From Pelagomonas calceolata (taxonomy: Eukaryota): a DNA stretch of 64,000 bases. The stretch spans positions 3,844,001 through 3,908,000 of the forward strand of contig CAKKNE010000005.1 in assembly GCA_918797485.1 (NCBI GenBank). Reading direction: 5' to 3'. This document shows positions 31,295 to 39,155 of this stretch, piece after piece (the stretch's first letter is position 1; each line of letters opens with the position of its first letter). The position numbers and the translations under genes are program-made. Under the pieces are notes generated by a model. It saw only the letters and a program-made list of their open reading frames with translations, made no database searches and had not been told where the DNA came from.

Positions 31295-31320
31295 TTGCTA
31301 GTGTCTTACAGGCCGCTAGC
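31295..31320 (+). promoter_or_regulatory. GCTAG element, consensus copy
   Basis: TTGCTAGTGTCTTACA-GGC-CGCTAGC, ~110 bp upstream of the PDAT ATG. Confidence 0.7.
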
Positions 31321-31332
31321 TTTCGAACAGAT

Positions 31333-31896
31333 TTAATCGGCTCCTAGAGGCCAAACCCGAGGCCTGCTAACCGTCCGATCCTCGAACACTACGACTGCCG
31401 CCGCCCAGCCGTCCGTGTCCGCGACGCGCGCGACAGGAAGGGCCGTGGTGGCACGACTCTTGAGCGACGTGCCGACCCTCTCCGCGCCGGCGACGCGCCA
31501 CGCGTCTGCGCCCGGGCCGACGAGTTCGCAGACGACCGCCTCCCAGCCCATCTCGTCGTTCGTCACCTCGAGGACGTCGGCCGCCGCGTCTTCGACGATG
31601 GCATCGCACGCTTCGACGATGCCGTCGATTGACGCAGCACCGCGCGCGAGCTCGAGCGTCGGCTCGGCCCAGGCCTCGTCCGCCGGCACGGTCGCTTTGC
31701 GCCGCCGGCCGTAGTCGGCGCCGGCACTCGCACCTTCGACGTAGCTCCCGTCGAAATTATATTTGCCGCCGTGCTGATTCCCGATCAGATCGCTGACCGA
31801 CCGCTTCGACGACGACGCGACGATCAGTGATCGATGCCGGCGCTGTGCGTGCTGCAAGGCATGTGCAGCCGCTGCAGCGAGAACTACGCGACGCAT
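31333..31896 (-). CDS. Hypothetical protein, possibly plastid-targeted
   Basis: Leader MRRVVLAAAAAHAL followed by a Ser/Arg-rich stretch; conserved-looking HGGKYNF. Confidence 0.55.
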   Translation of the reverse strand: MRRVVLAAAAAHALQHAQRRHRSLIVASSSKRSVSDLIGNQHGGKYNFDGSYVEGASAGADYGRRRKATVPADEAWAEPTLELARGAASIDGIVEACDAIVEDAAADVLEVTNDEMGWEAVVCELVGPGADAWRVAGAERVGTSLKSRATTALPVARVADTDGWAAAVVVFEDRTVSRPRVWPLGAD

Positions 31897-32210
31897 GCGT
31901 CGACTTGGCACCTGTCGCTGTGTGCAACGCTATGCGAGAGGTGTCGGTTCAAGCTGCCAAAATCTCGCAATCTCTCGATCGTCAGCGGCGGATTTAGACT
32001 GTGAGAGCCTCTATCTGCCTCTGCTGCAGCCAGCGGGCGAAGCAGTTTTGCAAGCTCCTGTGCCGCCCGCTATCGCAAGCATTCAACCACAGCGCTCGTG
32101 AACGACACGAGCGATACTACTGAGAAGCATATATTGCCGCTGCACCGCTCTCGGACGCGCCGCGCAAGCAAAACTGCCAGCAGGACAGCCTTGGTAGCAG
32201 CACCAGTGCC

Positions 32211-33434
32211 ATGGCCGACGACTCCCCAGAAGCCCCGGCGCGCGCGTTAGAAAGAGCCGGCAAACTCAAGAAACAGCAGCAGCAAGAAGACGTCGCCGTC
32301 GACGTCGCCGCGCTGGAAGAGGAGGACGACCGCGACGACCCGCAGCGGGTCTGGGCGCGCGTCCAGTCGAATTTGGAGGAGCTGACGCATCTCGCGCAGA
32401 AGCGCCGCGAGGGCGCGACGCGCAGCCGCGCTTCTATCATTGAAGAGCTCGCGGCGGACCTCAGCTCGTACTATGAATTCCTGCGGGAGCTCGTGGATCT
32501 GTTCCTGACGATTTTTAGTCCGCACGAGTGCGTCGAGTTCTTGGACGCGTCGGTGAAGCCGCGCCCCGTCGTCGCGCGGTGCAACACGCTCAAGGCGAGG
32601 AGGAAGGACGTCGCCGCAGCTTTGGTAAAACGAGGCTGCACCGTCGAGCCCCTCGCGGCCTGGTCCAAGGTAGGTTTGAAGATCAATCGGAGTGACGTGC
32701 CCGTCGGCGCCACTCCGGAATATTTAGCAGGGTGGTACATGCTCCAGTCCGCTGCCTCCCAATGCCCGGTCCTCGCCCTCGACCCGAAACCGGGAGAACG
32801 CATCTTGGAGCTGTGCGCGGCGCCGGGCGGCAAGTCGAGCTACTGCGCCCAGCTCATGAAGAACCAGGGCGTGTTAATAGCCAACGACCTTAAAAGAGAT
32901 AGACACAAGGCGACGACGGCGAATCTCCACAGACTAGGTGTCAAGATCGCCGCGGTCGTCTGCCAGGACGGCCGCGCCTTCCCGGGCGTCATGGGCGGTT
33001 TTGATCGGGTGCTGCTGGATGCGCCCTGTACGGGGCTAGGCGTGTGCGCGCGGGACCCGTCGATCCAAGGCTCTCGCACAGTCGAAGACGTGAAGAAAAT
33101 CGCACACCTCCAGAAGGAGTTATTGTTAGCGGCCATCGACTCCTGCGACGCCAAGAAGGCCGGCGTCGTCGTCTACTCGACCTGTTCGGTATCTGTCGAA
33201 GAAAACGAGGCGGTCGTCCAGTACGCCCTGGACAAACGGTCCGTCAAAATTGTGCCGAGCGAGGCGCTGGACTTCGCGCGGCCCGGGTTTCTCAGATGCG
33301 GGTCGAGACGGTTCCACCCGTCCATGGCGAATGCGAGACGCTTCTATCCGCACACGCACAACATGGACGGCTTCTTCGTCTGCAAGCTGCGCGTTTTGGG
33401 GAAGAAGGACAAGAAGCGTAAATCACGAGATTAG
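32211..33434 (+). CDS. NOP2: 25S rRNA cytosine-C5 methyltransferase (Nop2/NSUN1)
   Basis: GATPEYLAGWYMLQSAAS, ILELCAAPGGKS, FDRVLLDAPCTGLG, VYSTCS, RRFYPHTHNMDGFFV. Confidence 0.93.
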   Translation: MADDSPEAPARALERAGKLKKQQQQEDVAVDVAALEEEDDRDDPQRVWARVQSNLEELTHLAQKRREGATRSRASIIEELAADLSSYYEFLRELVDLFLTIFSPHECVEFLDASVKPRPVVARCNTLKARRKDVAAALVKRGCTVEPLAAWSKVGLKINRSDVPVGATPEYLAGWYMLQSAASQCPVLALDPKPGERILELCAAPGGKSSYCAQLMKNQGVLIANDLKRDRHKATTANLHRLGVKIAAVVCQDGRAFPGVMGGFDRVLLDAPCTGLGVCARDPSIQGSRTVEDVKKIAHLQKELLLAAIDSCDAKKAGVVVYSTCSVSVEENEAVVQYALDKRSVKIVPSEALDFARPGFLRCGSRRFHPSMANARRFYPHTHNMDGFFVCKLRVLGKKDKKRKSRD

Positions 33435-33711
33435 TTACTACGTGCTATGGGGACACCGCGCATCGCCGATTCATCGGCGGCGGGCCCGTGCCACGTTCAT
33501 AACAATGTGCAACGTAGATTAGTGGTCCCCCTTCCGGTCGTCGAGCACGAACTGAGCACTTGTGGTATGCCAGCGCGTCCGAGTCCGTCCGGAGATCTGC
33601 CCGGAGCTGTCTTTTGTGTGCAAGCTGCGCGTTCTAAACGTAAACAAAGAGGCTAATATGTACTTAGTGGTCCCCCTTGCGGTCGTTCAGCACGAACTGC
33701 TTGTGGTACGC
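33375..33711. repeat. Degenerate tandem duplication of a convergent gene junction
   Basis: 33519-33570 copies 33664-33711 with a 4-bp insertion. 33613-33636 copies NOP2 33375-33398 (FVCKLRVL). Confidence 0.85.
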
Positions 33712-33864
33712 GGAGCTCTTCCGGTCCTCCTCGGTGATCGACGCGTTCAGCCCCAGGCCCATGAGGGCCACGAAGCCCATGCCGATGGCGAAGGGCAGCG
33801 TGTCCTTGCGCATGATCTCCTTGGCCAGGAAGGCCTGGAAGCCCAGCTTGTGCCAGTGCGACAT
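33664..33864 (-). CDS. 66-aa single-TM protein resembling the plant mitochondrial ATP synthase 6-kDa subunit
   Basis: Strong GC3 bias. The pattern F..F...E......PF..G + TM + ITEEDRKSS resembles the plant 6-kDa subunit (LTEEDAKNS), as recalled from memory. Confidence 0.55.
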   Translation of the reverse strand: MSHWHKLGFQAFLAKEIMRKDTLPFAIGMGFVALMGLGLNASITEEDRKSSAYHKQFVLNDRKGDH

Positions 33865-34399
33865 CGTCGCGGTCGCTCGGCGGCGCGCCCTCTCTCCTCG
33901 GCGGCGCGCGGCGGTCCTCGCGGTCTTCTGCGCCTGCGCGGGGCGGCGGCGTCACGACCGGCTGTGAAATTGGGCCGCGGGGGACGGCTCCTCCCGCCGC
34001 CGGCGCCTTGATGGGCCATTGGCTCAAAAGCCTCATATGCGGCCGCTGCTCCGTGGTTTTTCTCTCGCTGAAGCTCATCGCCGAGGCCAAGAGACAGCGT
34101 TCAAGTTCCGAGCGTTCAATCGGGGCGCCGGGTCGCACAATCGCTGCCGCAGGGACTAAAATCGATTCACGTGCGAGGGAGTCTAGTATGTTTAACGCTG
34201 GCACAGAACGCTTCCTTGGGCTGCCCCAGCACTAGCACAGGCCTCAATACGGATGCCGAGGCGGGTCCAAGGCCCGAAATCGGCTGCGGCCTTGGAACAG
34301 CCACCACAGCGCGCTCTCCCAACAAACAGAGAGCCAAACGAGAGCTAAAAGGCTGCCCCCGCGCCACCAGAACCAAAGGACGCAGCCAACGCCAAGAAG

Positions 34400-35611
34400 A
34401 TGCCGGGCCGGGAGCGCGTGACGGCCTACAACCGCAGCGCCATGAAGCCCCTGCCCTCACCAAGGATGGGCGGCAAGAGCGACACGCTCTTCGCCATGAC
34501 GTCGCCGCCCGTCCGGCGCGTTTTGTTTGACGACAAGCCCAAGGTCTCGATGAAGGGCGACGACTTCACGGAGCCGCTCTGGAGGGAAGGCCCGGTCACG
34601 GAGGAGGAGCGGCAGGCTCGACTGCTGGAAGAGCAGGAGGAAGAAGCGCTCAAGGCCGGCGCGAAGGCGGACATCTTCGAGGAAGTGGAGGAGGAGGAAG
34701 TTGAGGAGGGCGATGATGACCTCGACGCAGTAAACGACCTGCCGTTGCACCGGGCCTGCGAGGACGGCGACACGCAGCGCGCGCGAAAATGTTTAGATGA
34801 GGGCGCGAATGTTGTGGAGACGGACGAGAACGGCTGCTGCGCGTTGTTTCTCGCGGCGGAGCGGGCCCACGTCGACTGCATGCGGTTGTTGTTGCAGCAC
34901 GGCGCGGGCGTCGACCAGGCGGCGAATCACGGGGCCACGCCTTTGATCATCGCGTGCTGCAACGGTCATGTCGACGCGGCGCGGATATTGCTGGATAAAG
35001 GAGCGGATCTCAAAAGGCGGACCAAGGGCGGGAGGGACGCTTTAGGTGCCGCGGCGCAGATGGGCCGCGCCGGGTGTGTGACGCTGTTGGTGGACAAGGG
35101 CGCGAAGATCGACGCGCGCGACGGGAAAGGCGCCACGCCATTGTACATGGCGGCGCAGGACGGCCACGACGAGGTCGTTTCCAAACTAATTGATCTGGGG
35201 GCCGACGTCGACCTGCGAGACGACGAGGGCACGTCGCCGCTCTGGATCGCTTCTGCCGCGGGCCACGACCTCGCCGTGGAAGCGTTGATCGAGGCCAAGG
35301 CCGACGTCAATTGTGGGGACAATTTTGGGAGCACGCCGCTCTTCGCGGCGGCCCAGGAGGGCCGGACGGCCTGCGCTCGATTGTTGCTGCAAAATGGCGC
35401 CGAGGCGGGCCTCTCCGTCTGGGCGGCGGCGCGCCAGGGCCACTTCGAGGTCGCGCGTTTACTAATAGCGCACGGCGCGGACGTCGACAAGCCCTCGAAC
35501 GACGGGTCGACGCCCGTCAAGGCTGCGCGCGCGGCGGGGTACGACGACGTGGCCGATTTATTAATCGGCGCGGGCGCGCGGGACGGCAAGCTGCCCTTCG
35601 TGACGGCGTGA
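34400..35611 (+). CDS. Ankyrin repeat protein (~8 repeats) with acidic N-terminus
   Basis: Repeated G.TPL..AA..GH...V..LL..GA.VD motifs. Confidence 0.9.
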   Translation: MPGRERVTAYNRSAMKPLPSPRMGGKSDTLFAMTSPPVRRVLFDDKPKVSMKGDDFTEPLWREGPVTEEERQARLLEEQEEEALKAGAKADIFEEVEEEEVEEGDDDLDAVNDLPLHRACEDGDTQRARKCLDEGANVVETDENGCCALFLAAERAHVDCMRLLLQHGAGVDQAANHGATPLIIACCNGHVDAARILLDKGADLKRRTKGGRDALGAAAQMGRAGCVTLLVDKGAKIDARDGKGATPLYMAAQDGHDEVVSKLIDLGADVDLRDDEGTSPLWIASAAGHDLAVEALIEAKADVNCGDNFGSTPLFAAAQEGRTACARLLLQNGAEAGLSVWAAARQGHFEVARLLIAHGADVDKPSNDGSTPVKAARAAGYDDVADLLIGAGARDGKLPFVTA

Positions 35612-35683
35612 CGCTAAGTAATTTTACGATCACTAGTAATGTCGAATTGGAAAGGGTGCGATGCGAATTGCGAAAGGATGCGA

Positions 35684-38600
35684 CTAGGCTTCGGGTTCGG
35701 GTTCGAATTCCGGCTCGAGTTCGGGCGCGGCGCCCGAGAACCAGTTCCCCGGCTGTGGCGGCGGCTCTCCCGCGGCCATCATCATGGCGGCCTCGGCGCC
35801 CGAGATGTGACCCGGTGGCAGGCTAGAGGCCTCCGGCGAGAAAGACGCCAGCTCGGGCTCGGCCGCGAACCAGCCTGTCGCCGGCGGCGGCTGCGCGGGC
35901 AACGTCTCCTCGGCTTCCGGGGCGACGGAGAGGACGGTAGCCTCTCCTTCGGGTAGCGCCTTTAGTGGCATGAGATTGGGGGGCGACGGGGAGTCGAGCC
36001 GCTCGAGCGCGCTTGGCTTGGCCTCCGAGCCCTTGCGGCGACGGTAGAACCACAAGGCGCCGACGGCTAGCAGTAAAAAGACACCCACGACCGCGCCGAT
36101 GATGGGTCCCATATCGGCGCCACCGGAGCCGCCGGAACTAGAGCTTGGACCGGGCGCAGGTGTCGGCAAGCAGCCGCCCCCTTCGCTCGTCGTCACCGGG
36201 CAGTCAGCCAGCACCGAATGTGGGGCTGGCGTCGCTGAGGGCCCGGTCGGACTTATTGAACAGTCATCCGGCGGTACCACGTTTGCCTCAGCCGACCATC
36301 CGTCCACGACGGACCACGAATGCGCAGACTTGGGCGGGTCGCAGTATTGGCACGTCGAATATATCGTGTACAACGAACGGTCCGTGTACGAAAAAAATTC
36401 GTCGGCGGTCCGGCACACGCCACTGACGTAACACTCCGTGGTGCCGACGGTGGGCCCGTCCGAAAAGGCAGTCTGGGACTTGGTTGGGTCGCAGACCTGG
36501 CAGCTGTCGCCGAGGATCGCAGCCGTGTCGCCGCTCGCATAGCAGATTCCATCAATGTAGCAGGAGTTAGCGTCGATTTCGCACGTGCTTGTCGAGGTGA
36601 TGCAGGATGGCGCGACTTTGGGGGCAGATGTCTCAAGCTTCAAGACGAATAAATGATTCTCCGCGTCGTCTTCCGGGTAGGAGAGCGTAAAACCTTCATC
36701 GAACCACACAGACGTCGCTTCATTGTAGATGCAACCCGTGAGGATCAGATCACCGTTAGTATCGGCACCCATATCCCAGGTTCGCGTGTATCCGGACCCA
36801 GTCGCAGAGCCAAAGGCATGAACAAGCTTGCCTTTGCCCGTGGCGCCGTCGTACTCCGCGTGCCAAGTCCACCTAGCGGTTGAGTCAGGCGTAGAGACCG
36901 TATCGAATGTCTGCCCAGAACCGTGGCCGATGGCGTGCACCGTGCCGTCCGCAAGCGGCATGACCGTATTGACATACGGCGTCGTCACGGCCCACTCTGG
37001 CCTACCAGTAAATGTGTGATACTTGATGATGCAGTTGTCATCAGTATTCCCCACGCAATGAACACCCGTGTTGGCCGAGGCCGCCCAGACGGCGTCGTAA
37101 GAGTCGGCGTCGACGAACGTCGAGCCCGACGGGCAGTCCGAGGCGGTCACCATCTTGGTCATGAAGACTTCGTAGGCCGGCGTCACCAGGCCGTCGGCGT
37201 CCTTGCAGCCGGCGTAAGGCGTGCCCGAGTCCAGGGTGACTGGGCCACTTCTTGCCGCGTCCTGCATGACCATGTAAATGTAGGGGCCCGTTGGGTCGAG
37301 TTCAATACTGCCAACATAAGAACTGCTGAAGTCGGCGCCCTCGATCGTCCGCGCCCAGACGATAGTAGATGCGTCGCTACTCACGCGTGCCAAGAATCCG
37401 CAGTTTTCTGACGCGCAAGACACGCCGAAGGGCGTGGGGTTCGCCGCCGTGGGATTGCCGGTCGTGGTAAAGAGCTTGCCCCGGACAAATAGGTCTCCAG
37501 AGTCGTCGTCTGCCTTGGTGACGCGGTTAAAGTGCTGTACATCGGTGAAGACCTTCTCCCACATTTGCGAGCCGTCCGCCGCCGCCAGCTTTGTCATAAC
37601 TCCAACGCACGTCGCGTTGCACTGGTAACCGACGCCGATGAGGTTGTTCGAGTCGTCATACTCAATGCCGCTGCAACGCGAGCCATACCAATCAGTGGCT
37701 CCGGCCGTCGACGCGGGCCAGACCTTCGCCCAGACCGGTGCGAGGTTAGCATCGAGGTTGATGACAAAGCCGTCCCTGGCTCCTTGGCCGTAATGCGTTC
37801 CACCGGCCACCGTCGTGAGTACCGTGGAGCCGACAGTCAAGTTGCCAGCGAACCAGCCCGCGGCGGCAACTCTCGTGTTGTCGGAGGACGTATGCACGTC
37901 CCATAGCTGATCCGTACCGTGTCCTCCGAAGTGGACGATGTCCTGGGGAATACCAGTGGTCGTGTCGACCTTGGCGAACGCGACCTCGTACTGGTCCCAC
38001 CCGCCTGCGTGAGAGACCCGCTCCGGCGTCACTTCCAAAGGCTATTTCGAAGATGTTTTGATGACCCAGCCGCGCGCGCTCGTAGTACTTTTTGACGCTT
38101 TCGTAGACGGACGTGCCCTCCGACCCGTCGGGGTCGGTCCGCGAGAACGGTCCGCGTAATTCGAACTCATCGCTCGTTCCATACTTCGTTTCCGCAGTTT
38201 CAGTCATAGAAGGATCGACCGTTGACTTCATGTAGCCGCCAATGATCGCCGTATCGCCCATCATGTGCATGTGCCGCGAGTAGAAGCGGCCGGTCGTTTG
38301 TTGCGCGAGCGTCACCCAGCCCACCTGAGGGAACTCGCAGCCTTGAAAAGTGTCGGTGGGAATGTCGGCAGTGTGACCCGCAGTACCGTCGCACTTGAGG
38401 TCGCACGCCGTGAACTGCGTCGCACCGGCCACCTTGTCGCCGAGGAAATAGTGCCCGTCAGCGTCGGCATCGCAAACGGCAGTGCCGCCGCTGCAGTGGC
38501 TGGCGACGGCCATAGGGCTGTAGACACCCGACGACGAGCACGTACCGATGTTCATGGGGTAATTGAGGATGTCCATGCACGTACACTCGTGCCCCGCGTC

Positions 38601-38849
38601 GATGACCTCCCCGGCGGTCATCCACTCCTCGGTGCCCGAGTCGCAGAAGGAGCTGTCGTACTGGCATGTCATGGTCGATGTTGTTAGGGACTTGCAGGCG
38701 CCGTAGTTGCAGCCATTGTCGCCCGTGGGCGAGGACACAGCTGCTGAGGCACAGACGGGCGTCGCGGCCGCGGTGGACTTGTATGCGCAGTTGAGAAGTA
38801 TAGTGGTGTGAAGGGCCAGATGCAGCCTGATGAGGGGTTGCCTCCGCAT
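35684..38849 (-). CDS. Type I membrane/cell-surface protein (~1030 aa): signal peptide, Cys-rich region, beta-propeller-like repeats, TM; 2 exons
   Basis: ORFs 37746..38849 and 35684..38038 join in frame across an intron ending at 38005. Repeats such as DGFVINLDANLAPVWAK and FLARVSSDASTIVWAR; TM IIGAVVGVFLLLAVGALWF-YRRRK. Confidence 0.7.
38005..38077 (-). mobile_element. Introner-type intron (73 nt, GC-AG; alternative GT donor at 38065)
   Basis: Minus strand C|GCGCGCGG CTGGGTCA...TCACGCAG|GCGGGTGG. 8-nt repeat matches 6/8, short inverted ends, frame restored. Confidence 0.55.
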
Positions 38850-39155
38850 CGTTTTTTCTGTACTCTGCTGGCTGATGATCTCTAGCTACAGAGGCATGTC
38901 CCACTGCTAGATTCACGAAAACGCAGCCCGTGGGTGTGCAAGCTCATCAGCAGGCATAACTGGTAGCATCTCATGATATATCAGGCTGCCCGAGAGTGGG
39001 CGCGACGGCCAATCCTGCACCGCACGTGCAGGCAGCGCGCAGCTTGGGACGGGTTCGGGTTTTAAGAGTCCAACCCCGAACGAAAATCAGCTGACTAAGG
39101 ATGACTAAGGCCTCCGTTACGTTACACGAGGAGCAAAAAGGGGAAAGGAAGAATC

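Noticed and set aside
34182..34202. TCTAGTA-TGTTTAA-CGCTGGC as another element copy
   Set aside because: Mismatches in both arms and a 7-nt spacer make it too degenerate to call.
38881..38911. TCTAGC-N19-GCTAGA inverted pair upstream of 38849
   Set aside because: Spacing and arms do not match the GCTAG element.
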